Shown: positions 51,333-63,583, numbered from the whole stretch's first letter. The stretch: 63,583 nucleotides of DNA, filler included, from Reticulomyxa filosa (GCA_000512085.1; 17 parts of 17 records of this genome joined end to end with filler, not necessarily neighbours in it), one strand, 5' to 3'. Notes: generated by a model not told the origin, from the sequence alone. A program made the numbers and translations.

Positions 51333-52289
51333 NNNNNNNNNNNNNNNNNNNNNNNNNNNNNNNNNNNNNNNNNNNNTTAATTAATTAANNNNNNNNNNNN
51401 NNNNNNNNNNNNNNNNNNNNNNNNNNNNNNNNTTGCATATGTAGATAATACACAAAAAGTTGTTTTGTACAAAAATCTTAAGGAAAGTTCATTTGAATTT
51501 TGAGTCTACAAAAGAGCAAGCCCTTTTGTATTGTAGATCACAGTGAAGTTTTGCTCAAGAAATCATCCTAATCAACTGTTTGGATAATTAGTTCCTAATC
51601 TCAGAGATCCGCCAAAAGAAACTAATTCTATACTTGATCTTAGCTTAACGACAAGAACAATCGTCGTGTGAAACAACGTATATACCGCTTAGAGAAAGTT
51701 GCATTATTAATCCACACAAAATATGCTTGAAAATTTTGTGATTGCTTTTCTTATTCTATCAAATTGACCATTTACGACAATTTTACATTGATTGCATAAT
51801 GGTTATGCTCTTGCAATATTTTGATAGTTTGAAAGGTTTTTTAATGTTTTAGATACGAAATATTTGTAACAGTAATTTTGAATTTAAAACCAAAAAAGGC
51901 ACTTTTAACATTTCATAAATTTGACATACAAAACTTAAATTGAGTGTTTGTGTTTGATATTACAATTTTCAACTTTTTCCAAAATGTTGTAAGGAAGCCG
52001 GAGTTTTTTTGGGGAACAGTGTTAAGTTAATGCAGAAACAACATTAAAATATTTAAGTTGCTATGGAAAAATATCTTTTGTTGAGCTTTTTGTGGAAAGT
52101 TGAGCAATCCCAAATAATAACTAATGAAAAGTACTAAGTGTTGTTATTTTTGGGAACATAATTTACATTGGACTCCAAGAAAAGAAATTTTACAAAATTA
52201 TAAAAATTAAAAGCATTAATTTTAATGGATCAAACAAGAACTTCTATTTCCCTTTACAATCTCAGCAAAAGCAAATGCCTGAGACATAA

Positions 52290-55200
52290 AAAAAAATTAA
52301 AATTTCCACCACGCTGTCCCACAAACAATTTCTGCTGTGAAGTCAATCCGTGCACATTTCGCCAAACACTGCCTCTCATTGATAGACCACAGCTTTGAAT
52401 ACCCACTTGCCAAATACATTTAGCCAAGCAAGTTTCAGAAGAAGATGTTGATGACTACTTTTGGTGGGTGTATCTTTGCTGCTTATGGCATCAGAACTGA
52501 CCTCAGATTTCATTGCGTTCAATCCAGATTCAACGTCCCACAAACGAATTGTTTTGTCTCTCGAACATGAAACAACTTTAGAGCCATCTGGAGAGAAACG
52601 GATCCCATTGGTGCACTCAACGTGTCCCTCAATTACAAAGAGATCTCGTCCGAATGGTAAATCCCATATTTTAATAGTTTTGCTACCCGAACAAAAAACA
52701 ACTTTGGAGTTATCTGGAGAAAATTGAGCTCTTTTTACCCAATTTGCCTGCGCTGTTAGCTTTAAAATCTCGTGCCCTGATGAAACATCCCATATACGAA
52801 TCGTATTGTCATTTGAACATGACAAAATTTTGGAACCGTCTGATGAAAATTGAACCCCATTTACCCAACTGAGATGACCTTCCAATAATTGCAATTGTTG
52901 TCCTGATGCTGCTTCCCAGATGCGGATAGTTCCATCAGTTGAACAAGATACAATTTTTAGACCATCTGGTGAAAACTGCACATCATTTACCCAAGAGGAA
53001 TGTCCTTCCAGGACTCGAAGTTCTTGTCCTGACAATACGTCCCATATTCTGGCTGTGTTGTCCCTCGAGCAAGATACAATTTTGGAATCATCCGGTGAAA
53101 ATTGAGATTTACAAACCAAATCAGAATGTCGTTGCATTTTTTGTAATTCCCTTCCTGAAGTGACATCCCATACTCGAACAGTGTTATCTTTCGAACATGA
53201 AACAATTTTTAAACCATCGCTTGAAAACTGTACTCCGTACACAGAGTCGGTATGTCCTTCCATCATTTGCAGCTCTCGTCCTGACGAAGTCTCCCACACT
53301 CGAATGGTTTTATCGCGTGAACATGACACAATTTTGGAGCCATCTCGTGAAAAGTTTACATCATTTACCCAACTTGAATGTCCTTTCGTTGCTTGACGTT
53401 CTCCCCCTACCGACACATCCCAAATGCGAACAGTTTTGTCCCACGAGCAGGATATAATTTTAGAGGCATCCGAAGAAAATTGAGCTGCTTTTATCTCTCC
53501 AGAATGCCCTTCCAACACTTGTAGCTCCACTCCTGATGACACATCCCATATTCGTATCGTTTTGTCTCTTGAGTAAGATACAAGCTTTGAACCATCTAAG
53601 GAAAAGCGAACTCCATTTACCCAGTCCGAATGTTTTTCCAAAGTTTGAATTTGCCTTCCAGACGAGACGTCCCATATGCAAATAGTTTTATCCAATGACG
53701 ATGACACAAGTTTTGATCCATCGGGTGAAAATTGTACTGCTGTCATCCAATCCGAATGTCCTTCCAATTTTTGAATCTGTTGTCCAGATGCCACATCCCA
53801 TATTCGAATTGTTTTCTCCCATGACCTTGAAGCTACTTTGGAGCCATCAGGTGAAAATTGTGCCCCATTTACCGCATCAAAGTGTCCTTTCATTATTTGA
53901 ATTTGCTGCCCTGATAACACATCCCATATTCGAACAGTATTATCTTGTGAGCATGAAAGAATTTTTAAGCCATCTGGAGAAAATTGCGCTTCATACACTC
54001 TCTGTGAATGCCCCTGCAATGTTTGGAGTTCACGTCCTGATGCCACTTCCCATATTCGAATTGTATTGTCAACTGAATAGGATCCAACCTTGGAGCCATC
54101 TGGTGAAAATTGCACTCCATTTACACTATCGGTATGTCCATTTAATACTTGCAGCTGCCGTCCTGATAATACTTCCCATATCCTAATCGTTTTGTCCTCT
54201 GAACATGACACCACTTTGGTACCATCCGGTGAAAATTTTGTTTCATATACTGCGTGTAAATGCCCTTGCAGTTTATGGATTTGCCGTCCTGATAACATAT
54301 CCCAAATCCGAACTGTTTTGTCATGAGAACATGATACGATTTTGGAATTATCCGGAGAAAGTCTTGCTTCATATATTATCCCTGCATGTCCCTCCAAGTA
54401 AGCGTATTCGCCAAAGTAAATTCCATTCATTGAAGCATTTGAAAAGTTGGTGTTGTTCAAGAGGGACTGAAAGAAACTGACGTTGTCCAAGTTGGCATCT
54501 TTAAAGTTTGTTCCATCGAGAAATGCACGATCCAGTATCGCATTTGGAATTTTGATATTTTTCCAATTTTGACGATGCAAGCTTATTCCTCCTGAGTTGA
54601 GTATAGTTACCGCATTTGCCGCAGCAATGCTGACTTTTTCATTTGTCTTAGATGCTTCAATAATCCGAAATAATCGTGACTTCAAATTTGTAAATATCGG
54701 TCCTATATCATAAATTCTATCGGCAATAAATTTAATGACACTCGCTTTTTCATTCAATAGTTTAAAATTGATGCTTAGGTTTGGAACATGCGCTTCGAAT
54801 TGTTGTTGGAATTGTTGATTACTGATGTCCGCAGAATCAAGACTTGGTTTCCATGAAACAATATCAAGCACAATTTTTTGCGCCGCATAATATTCTTGAC
54901 AAGATTTGTGTAAAAATTGATATTTGTTATCACCAATTCTCCTCAATACGTATTTGGCTACACTGTCACCATTGAAATATTTTTCCCAAACATTGCATGT
55001 TTTCGAAGACGAATAATCATTTTCATTTTTTTTTACTTCCGTTTTTGCTCCAATATCTTTTCTTTCCGTTTTCATGTTTGGATCTAATTTGATGATAATC
55101 TCCTCGCTTTCATAACGAATATAATTTTCAGTTGCAATCTGATTTCCTTGAATAAACATCTCAAATGCCAAGTCGTGACATATTGTTGAAATGTTGCTTT

Positions 55201-55427
55201 GATTTTTTTCAAATTCGTTTGAATTCTTAATTCTGCCAATTTATTGGAAATATTTTGTACATGAAGATCGATCCATTGTTCATTGAACGCTTCATACAAT
55301 TGTGCCCTTGATATTTTGGTTCCCACAGGATGTCGCTTCAGTAGCGATGGTAACACAGTCAATATCAGTTGTAGCAAGAATGGCTCTTCCATCATTTTAT
55401 GTAAATTTGGATAATTTTTCAATGTCT
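52290..55427 (-). CDS. NACHT-associated winged-helix / pentapeptide / 15x WD40 protein (NWD/HET-E-like NLR), 5' truncated, two frameshifts
   Basis: PFLLQLI, YQFLHKSCQEYYAA (NLR winged-helix FxHxSxQEY), AAANAVTILN plus pentapeptide repeats, then 15 42-aa WD repeats. Frame breaks at about 55180 and 52445. Confidence 0.88.
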
Positions 55428-55527
55428 NNNNNNNNNNNNNNNNNNNNNNNNNNNNNNNNNNNNNNNNNNNNTTAATTAATTAANNNNNNNNNNNNNNNNN
55501 NNNNNNNNNNNNNNNNNNNNNNNNNNN

Positions 55528-57415
55528 AATATTTTCTTCGACCTTTTCGTCTTCTTTTTTTTCTCCTCATGTCTATTTGCTGCATCAACATCTTGTTGGG
55601 CTGCTGCTGCTGTTGTTGTCGTCGTTGTTGTTGTTGCTGATGATGATGATGATGATGATGATGATACAGCAGTGGATGCAGCGACATTTGACTGCAACGC
55701 AATTTCCTTTTCTTTGAACAAGAAAATCTTAAAGTCATGAGTGGCCACACTTGGAGTGATAACGCTAAAGGTGGACCTATTGTCTTCCGACTTTTCGATG
55801 ACTCCGCCCGACTTTCTGCCGCCAATGGCATGTGACTTGAAGGGCTGCACTCTGGGATCATACTTGGAGATCCACTCGTTGTACTTGGAGCTCCATCCAT
55901 CGTAATTGACTTGGATGCGATCATTGGCGCCATCTAGTTCGATCACCGTGGCCGTGTACCATTTGCGCACTTTATCCAGACAGTCTACGTGACTGCCAAT
56001 GGCAATACCTTCTCTCCACAACTCGTGGTCCTTCGATTTGGTCAGTCTCTGATCCAAATAAAACTCGCTCTTTTCCAAAAACTCGGCGTTGAAGCACTTA
56101 CACTCGGTAATGTTCGCCAACTGGCCCGACCCGCATTCACAAAACATTACTTGTTCCGGCTTTGGCAGAAGCGACGCTTCGATGCTCTTTTTGTAGCCGA
56201 CCGTGGCGGTGCTGCCGTTCGCTTCAGCGTTGTCTCCGCTGCTCACTTCTTCGCTGCTTTGATTGTGCGGGAAACAGTATGTGGCGCACGCCGCACAGAT
56301 GTAATGTTTTTCGTCCTCTTTCAATGTGATTTTGTACCATCGTTGATTCACGCTGCGTTTGCCAGTCACGCAATACGAGCAGATCCCTTGTCTCGTCACG
56401 TCTTTCGTGTAGCAGATTATCGGCGTGTATTGTCCCAGGATGTATTCGCCATTGCTTGTCAGTCGATCGATATCTGCCGCCCAAGTGCCTATCGACCCAT
56501 TTGCAGCTCCTTCCCTCTCTTTTTTTTTTAACATTTCATTTTATTTTATTTTATTTGGTACATTTATTTATTAATAATTTGTTTATTTTGTATTAAAAAA
56601 AAGTAGTTTTGCACGCACGCTGCATGTTCACACATACCAAAGTTAGGCTCGACAGTGAAAATGGTGGAAGGCTTGAATGTGAGAGGATCGAGTTGGACCA
56701 TCAGATGCGACAGCATTTCGGAATGGCGAAAGTACAAGTGGCCTTTGTGATAAAACAAGGTGGAAGCAGTGTCTTTGGATGCAGTCAAGACATTGTTATT
56801 TGGATTATTGAGACCATTCGCAACATTAGGATTGCCACTGCTGCCGCTGCTATTGAGATTGGCGGAACTACTTTTGGAAGATCTGTCCTTGCTTGTTTTA
56901 GCCACGTGGACAGAGTCAACTGTCGACCACGTGAGTTTGTTCATTCCGACTTGAAACGCATGCGTGCCAAATTTGGGATTGTGCGCATACACACGACCTT
57001 CGATGGTGCCATTACAGCCCGTGCCGATTTGGAACAGCCCAAACCAACGATGAAAGGCGTAGAGATAGGTACCGTCGCAGGCCAGATTGCTCATGGTGAT
57101 GTCTTTCACCGTGTCCACGTTTTGCAAGAACAGCGGTTGGTAGTTGGCGCTCTTTTCGTGCTCAAACGAACGCGACACGTTGCAAGGCAAGAAAGGGCAG
57201 CCGTAGCGCTGCCATACTCCCACTTGCGATTCCAGTTTGTTCATTATGCACTTGCAGTCCAAACGGGGTCTTTCCCGCGGCTCGTACTCTTGCCACCACT
57301 GCAATAGCGCGCCAATGGTATCGAACATTTGTGACACTGAACCAGTGTGCACTGACAAGTTTAATAAGCACGAACTTACCATTGCATGCATTTCGTTTTT
57401 GTTTATGTCCAATCG
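55528..57415 (-). CDS. Fragment of a large protein resembling the MYCBP2/HECTD4-type E3 N-terminus, with a degenerate UBR-like Zn finger and an MBT/Tudor-like domain
   Basis: LACDGTYLY...GLFQIGTGCNGTIEGRVY; CSYCVTG..NQRWY..ICAACATYC...FCECGSG; VDCLDKVRKWYTATV...VNYDGWSSKYNEWI. Confidence 0.65.
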
Positions 57416-57515
57416 NNNNNNNNNNNNNNNNNNNNNNNNNNNNNNNNNNNNNNNNNNNNTTAATTAATTAANNNNNNNNNNNNNNNNNNNNNNNNNNNNN
57501 NNNNNNNNNNNNNNN

Positions 57516-57798
57516 TTGTTTTCTCGAATTAAATACTTGTGCACTGATTTTGAAACATCTCATGCATTATTATTCCGTCCACCAAAGAACAAGATGACAT
57601 CATTGATACGCACATATGCATAATGATAGAATGGTTTGATATCATGACAAACATGTAGTTTCTGAAATTGAAGAGTGTTGTTATCTTCATCATATTCAAT
57701 TGATAATCCTGTCTCGAAACAAAACAACAGCATTTGATAATTTTGTTTATATTTTTGATTTGTTTTCATCATTTCTTGTACTTGTCCATTTTCTGATT
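57516..57798 (-). pseudogene. Kelch-protein fragment
   Basis: YQMLLFCFETGLSIEYDEDNNTLQFQKLHVC...YAYVRINDVILFFGG matches the 8093-9279 family; a stop follows. Confidence 0.8.
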
Positions 57799-57799
57799 T

Positions 57800-58270
57800 T
57801 AATAGAGTGGAAAAAAGAAGATACGTAAGCAAATGAAAGTAAAAACAAAAGATGCTATTTGCAAATGCCGATTCACTTTGAATTTTGAAAAAAACGTTGT
57901 TATTTTGCATGAGTGGCATACCAATGACGACATATCCCTTGCCACGTCATCAAAATCTGTTTCAGGTTTATACTCTGCAGCAGCGGAGGAATACCGAAAC
58001 TTACTCAAAATCAAAAGCGCATACTTTTCGAAGCAAATTTGGTATGAGTTTGTTTCAAGTTATGTCCATCAATCTTTGCATTGCACTTTGGCTATCACTC
58101 CAAATCGCCAAAACAAACAAAGCCATGATCAACCTTACAATCTCTTATGCTGTCAATTCACCGAAGTGACAACAGAACAAATCAACTATTTCAAACATGT
58201 ATACTTACAAGACAAAGACTATTCCCCGTCTCCTACGCGCATACTCAACGCGATAAAAATCTTTAATTAA
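57800..58270 (+). mobile_element. Unrelated ORF abutting the Kelch fragment; possible Mutator-type transposase WRKY/FAR1-like N-terminus
   Basis: SGKKKIRKQ...ICKCRFTLNFEKNVVILHEWHT resembles SGK...C..RF.L...V...HxH. Confidence 0.3.
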
Positions 58271-58650
58271 TTATCATCAAATTCTTTTAGACTTATTTTT
58301 TAATTCATCTCTATCAAATTTCATTGAACAATATATTGTACTTCCATTTATGATATTTTCTCTAATGTTCTAAAAAAATATTAATATTGCATTTTTCATC
58401 TTCTTTAGCGTTCATTTCAGTATCACAAGTTTGATCATTAATGCATACTAATTTATTAAAGTTCTCATACAAAATGTGCTTGATGTAGTATAGACTATTG
58501 TGAAGAGGATTTTTGCAACATTAATATGATCATATATATATAATATTTTATCAAATGAAATATTTTTACGAATAACATTTATTATTATCTTTATTGATTT
58601 ATCTCATTTGCAAAGCTTGAGAAATGATTTGATGTTGATTTTTTTTTTTA

Positions 58651-60040
58651 CAGTAGAATGCAAAATAAAGTTGACACATAAAATGGCACCTTATAGAGAT
58701 GATTGATTTTCTACATGAAAAAACAACATTCAGACCTAATTTTTTTTTATTTTAAAAAATATATACAAATTGTGTACTTTTTAAATATCATTTTTATTAA
58801 ATATTTACTAATTATTTCAATATTTTATCCTTCATTTTTCTTTTCTTTTTTTTAGATCAACTTATTTCGATATTTGAGTTTTTTAATTATTTTTTTGAAA
58901 ATTAAGAATTTTAACAAAAGATATACTGTTGAACTGTTGCGTTAGGACTGGAGTTCGCTCAAAGTTGCAAAAAAATTTCGTATAAGTCATGAATGTGTGC
59001 GTAAACGGAAGCTGACGTTCAACATAAAAACATCAAAAACTGACAGTTGAAGAATAATCTTGTAGTCTTGCTTTGGAGTGTTATGATCTGGTTATGCATG
59101 TAACATTAATTGATGTGTCAATTTATATATTTACAAAGAAGTTCTAGGTGATGAAATGCTTAGAAGATAATAAAGATTGGATATTTCAGCAACAGCAATT
59201 ACAGCAAAAGAATAGTTTGAACAAAATGCTATCAACGTATTGAATTTCAATCTAAATTCTCCGGACATGAACTAAATCAAAAAAAAATATGGTGGATAAT
59301 GAAAACAAAAATATCCAAAAATGGACCATTCAGATCAAAAGAAGAATTTTAAAAACAATTAGAATTAGAATTATAAAAAATTGACAAATAGAAATGCACA
59401 AACTTAACAAAGTCAATGCCATATAGAATACAAGCATTACACAAGGCAAAAAGTGATTTAACTAAATGATAATGTTCAATTTTACCACAAAAAAAAATTT
59501 AGTTCTTATGCTTTTGAATTAGCTTGAATTGTTTGTCATTGGACAAAAAAGAAAAAAGAATAATAAGTACAGATAAAGCAAATATTAGTCAAAAACCATT
59601 ATGACTTCACAATGTAAAAATTTTAAAAATAATATTAAATTCTGCAAAAAAAAATATTTTTTGTGAACAAAAAAATTGAGTTGTCTAAAAAACTACGCAA
59701 CATAGAAGACTAATCTTTTTTTTAGAAATATATACGCATTGAAAATTTTCTGAAAATGCTTTAAAAAAAGTTGGCAAGTTTCATGGTTACTATATATGCA
59801 CGATTGTCAACTTTTTCTCAAAAATCTTCAAAAAATCAATAAAATATTCAAATTTTTTAAACAATTAGGAAAGATATAATAAAAAATTAAATTCAAAATG
59901 ATATTTAAAAAGTACACAATTTGTAGATATTTTTTTTAAATAAAAAAAAAATTAAGGTCTAAATGTTGATTTTTCATGGAGAAAATCAATTATCATCATA
60001 AGATATCGTTTTAGGCTTCAGTTTTCTTTGCAACCTACTG
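58651..60040 (+). mobile_element. Decayed Tc1/mariner-superfamily DNA transposon with long imperfect TIRs and TA target duplication
   Basis: TA|CAGTAG...CTACTG|TA ends; ~150-bp imperfect inverted repeats; internal transposase relic. Confidence 0.88.
58961..59469 (+). pseudogene. Tc1-like (DD34E-type) transposase pseudogene
   Basis: Manual translation across frameshifts: KVAKKFRISHECVRKR (HTH) ... IYKEVLGDEML ... WIFQQ ... TAKE*FEQNAINVLNFNLNSPDMN*I ... WWIMKTKI ... LTKSMPYRIQALHKAKSDLTK*. Compare Tc1 FQQDNA, SPDLNPIE, SMPxR..AVI.AKG. Confidence 0.88.
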
Positions 60041-60042
60041 TA

Positions 60043-60112
60043 TGAATGTTGTTTTTTCATGTAGAAAATCAATCATCTCTATAAGGTGTCAATTTTACTT
60101 TGCATTCTGCTG
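60043..60112 (-). mobile_element. Extra left-type TIR in inverted orientation abutting the element's right end
   Basis: The reverse complement cagcagaatgcaaagtaaaattgacaccttatagagatgattgattttctacatg matches 58651-58730 (with a short deletion); followed by TA. Confidence 0.8.
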
Positions 60113-60529
60113 TAGTTTAATTGATTAATAGTTTATTATGTACAATTCAATGTAGAATGCTTGCGTATGATGTATCATTATATACAGAAATTTACAAAAT
60201 ATAAAAATAATATTTTTTATTTTTCTAACCGTTTATAGTTTATATTTTAGTTTTTAAAAAATTGACAGAATTACCAATTGAACAGCATAAAAATAAAAAC
60301 AAAGATGTTGTCAGTCTTACTTATAATGAAAAATTTTCCACTGGTATTAATGTNNNNNNNNNNNNNNNNNNNNNNNNNNNNNNNNNNNNNNNNNNNNTTA
60401 ATTAATTAANNNNNNNNNNNNNNNNNNNNNNNNNNNNNNNNNNNNNNNNNNNNAAAAAAAAAAAAAAAATTATATAAATATAAATATAAATATATATATT
60501 TATATTTATATTTATATAATTTTCACAAC

Positions 60530-60968
60530 TGATTTTATCAAACAATTCTCCACCATCCACCAATTCTAATACGAGATACAATGTTTGTGTACTTTCCAAC
60601 ACTTCCAACAGACGGACCACGTGTCTGTGCTGAGGGAGCATTTTCAACGCTTTAACTTCGGTTCGAACTGTGCTGATTAGATTGCGCTTCTTTATTTCCT
60701 CTTTGTCCATCACTTTTATTGCTACTTTTCGCTTCGTTTTCAAACTTATTCCTTCCTTTACTCTGTTCCCCAAACATTTAAATGACAGCTTTTTTTTTTT
60801 TTTTGCATGTTTGTTTTTGAGAACATTGCACTTCCGACCCTTCCTCTTAATTTTTGTTTTTTTTTTTTTAAGTGGTAAACAAAAAAAACATTTTTTTTAC
60901 TTTCCAAAAGCTCCAATACCCAACGTTCTTCCCAATTTATAACGTCCATTGAGTATCTTACGTCCCAT
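60530..60968 (-). CDS. CAMK-group (CIPK/SNF1-like) Ser/Thr kinase, N-terminal exons
   Basis: MGRKILNGRYKLGRTLGIGAFGK|VKEG...VAIKVMDK...HVVRLLEVL...LELVDGGELFDKI. Confidence 0.92.
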
Positions 60969-61371
60969 TCTTCGAGGTAGCTGCTTTTTTTCTTATCTAC
61001 AAAGAAGATTCCTCACAGGGTCGTATTTAACTTTAAAATTTTAACTGAGCGTTGACAGTGTGACGTACAATTGTTAGCTGGTACTCAAACAAACACAGTA
61101 GGCATGCGTCGACAACAAAAATTATTCTGTTGGAGACAAAGGATATTTCTTAAAGGTGTGCAAGCTCCTTATTCGTCGTTGTGGATAATGATGGGCTTTT
61201 TCAACACAAGACCTTTTCTCATCTTTCTCATTTTATTTATCCATATCTTTTTTTTTGTTGCCAATGGTACATCCATGTATTTGTTCATTTCTTTGTTCTG
61301 CTTAAAAAAAGGGGTATAAATTTTTTAAAAAGTTTAGAATTATTATAAGTATCAAAAACTACAATATAGCA

Positions 61372-61800
61372 ATGTCTAGCTCGAATTTTTCAACTTGCGC
61401 CCCAATAAAAGGTGTAATCTTTGACCTGGGGAACACGTTGACGTTTCGAACGAAAAAATTTCACGAAAAAGAAGCAATGGTTAAAATGGCCAATTTGATA
61501 GCGAAGCATTGTAACTGGACAGACGAGCAAACAGTTGAGTATAGTTATTGTTGGTGATGGGGGGTATGAGAACAGCATTGAATTTTTTTTTTTTTTTAGA
61601 TAAGCGAGGTCTCTCGTGCCCTTTTTTTTTTGCCTCGTATTCTTCCTTCTTAAAAACACATGAACAAATGATAAACAGGAGAAGTTTTACCAAAAATATT
61701 ACGAATACTATGTGAACGTATTCAAACTGGAAAAAGACTACATTGGTACATGGACAATTTTGGACCCCGGAGCGTCGGAAGAAACACCCATGCGTTACTT
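61372..61800 (+). CDS. HAD-superfamily hydrolase, N-terminal exons, divergent from the kinase
   Basis: IKGVIFDLGNTL is HAD motif I. Confidence 0.75.
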
Positions 61801-62079
61801 AACTTTGCAATTTTTATTGGTTCTTTTTTTTTTTTTTTTTTTTGAAAAAAAAAAGGGGGGGAGATGGTGGTTAAAAGTTATTTGAAGATGCAAACTGTAA
61901 CCAAAAAAAAAAAAAAAAAAAAANNNNNNNNNNNNNNNNNNNNNNNNNNNNNNNNNNNNNNNNNNNNTTAATTAATTAANNNNNNNNNNNNNNNNNNNNN
62001 NNNNNNNNNNNNNNNNNNNNNNNTGCATTTGTGTGCAACAGCCAATAAATAATAATAATAAAAAAAAGCACTTATTTTT

Positions 62080-62502
62080 TTGACATATGCATGTGCTACT
62101 AAACTTTGTAAAAAAAACAAAAAAAAACAGCCTCCCAAATGTGAAAAATGCCCAATACAACTGGTGGCGATTGTACCCAAGGATGTAAAACCAAGCAACA
62201 CTCAAAATCCTTTTCATGGGTTCGTTCTTGGAAAACAGACACGTGACGACCCCATTCCTGTTTGTGAGTCGTGTCAACAACGACTGATATTGGAAGATGT
62301 TTACTTTCAATGTCCACAGTGCGGACCTAATGAAATTATTCGAGTTATACGTGGTGGACGCTTGAAAACCATCGTGAAGAAACCGCAGGGCGGAAGTACT
62401 ATATGCGTTGAATGTGTCACACGCATGTATCTTCAACAATGTGAAAAAAAGCAAAAACATGCCGAATCTAATCACCATTCTTCACAGCACACGTCAAAGT
62501 AA
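62080..62502 (+). CDS. Cys-rich zinc-finger protein (ZZ/C1-like), 3' part
   Basis: CEKC, CESC, YFQCPQC and ICVEC pairs. Confidence 0.6.
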   Translation: MTYACATKLCKKNKKKQPPKCEKCPIQLVAIVPKDVKPSNTQNPFHGFVLGKQTRDDPIPVCESCQQRLILEDVYFQCPQCGPNEIIRVIRGGRLKTIVKKPQGGSTICVECVTRMYLQQCEKKQKHAESNHHSSQHTSK

Positions 62503-63583
62503 TGATGCATTACAAATATTCTCATTTTGACACAGTCTTTCATGTCACTCTTCTTGCATTGCATAATCTTCAAATTTTTCTTGATTGTTTTGGTCATGTG
62601 GTCAAAACGTGTTGTAATATTTTTTTTTCACAATCTACAAACACACTGTGATTGCATCCTCCAAAACAATACAGTGATTGTCCTGTTTTTTTTTCTTGTT
62701 TGTTGTGCAACATAACAACGAAAATCCCAAGTACTCTTGGACTTTTTTTTTTAGTTTAGTAAACCAACATCAAAAAAACCGACTTCATATTGTACTTTGC
62801 CAAATTTCTCATATATTTGTGATATCACATGTTAATACCGATGAAAAACTGATTCGGCTCGTCAAATACCTAAGCTAAAATGAATATTGTCAGTTTAAGG
62901 CTAGTAAAAAAAAATAAATTCACTTTGAAAAACTGCAAAAAGAATAAAATCTTTGCTATTCCAGTGGAGGAAGAAAACGAAATTATGATATAATTTCATT
63001 ATAGGTCAATTTTCAGTCATATTCACTTAAGGTCGTCATAACAAATTAAAAACTGATTGTAGTCTAATTTTGTACAACACTGAACTTTTTTCACTGGAAT
63101 TTCACAAATGTGTTGGCAACCTATTTGCATATCGACAAACTTGGTTTGGTCATTTCAAATTTTTTTACATATTTTCATTTTGTTATAAACACTTATGCCA
63201 TTTTATAGTCACTTAGTCATTCAATAATCACTCGTTATAATAATCAAAGACTAAACATCAGATAATCCAACAAAGTAGCGTTTTAGAAAAAGGAGCACTT
63301 GAATTACTCAAACATATTTGTGGATTTGCAAAATTTTCAGCACAATTTCATTATAAACAAATTTTTAGTCATATTTATTTAAGGTCATTATAACTCAACT
63401 TTCTTACTTATTGCTGTTCTTATTGGTGTAGAAACGTCGTAGAAAGACCGGAATTGGTCCTAAAATAATCTACGCTTTTCACACTAAAAGAATATGTCTG
63501 TTTCATTCTTGTATAAAAAATACATATTTTGAAATCCACTAAGAGATATGACGCATCGCTCTCATTTTTGCAAAGCCGTCCAT

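Noticed and set aside
46226-57415. Apparent immune gene cluster (RNF213-like, NLR-like, E3-like adjacent)
   Set aside because: Each gene is on a separate contig joined by spacers, so linkage cannot be inferred.
2796-62023. Regularly recurring TTAATTAATTAA palindrome
   Set aside because: Always centred in N runs with six-frame stops. It is an assembly spacer, not biology.

Overview
Eukaryotic, AT-rich, intron-containing DNA. It is most likely the foraminiferan Reticulomyxa filosa (inferred from its characteristic expanded WD40/Kelch families, homopolymer-rich introns and many pseudogenes). The window is not one locus: 17 short contigs are joined by 16 artificial N44-TTAATTAATTAA-N44 spacers, so neighbourhood across spacers means nothing. 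Housekeeping or signalling genes include a CDP-DAG-type phosphatidylserine synthase, a multi-TM-RGS protein, a 2OG-Fe(II) oxygenase, a CTL/SLC44 transporter, mitochondrial uL4, a ZnT9-like CDF transporter, an FHA protein, CDC50, CHID1, a CIPK/SNF1-like kinase and a HAD hydrolase. Immune-like genes include a NACHT-associated pentapeptide-WD40 protein, an RNF213-like E3 and many WD40/Kelch paralogues. Mobile DNA includes a decayed Tc1-like transposon with many dispersed ends and three related LTR-like copies. Two observations stand out. (1) A cryptic ~1.4 kb inverted repeat at 40936-42367 whose arms differ almost only by substitutions that give G-U pairs on the minus strand, so only that strand can fold into a ~0.5 kb hairpin. 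(2) A ~33-aa 'W-x-R-x3-I-x2-GWI' module on its own exon, found at the N-terminus of WD40 proteins and the C-terminus of a Kelch protein, a candidate new adaptor domain.
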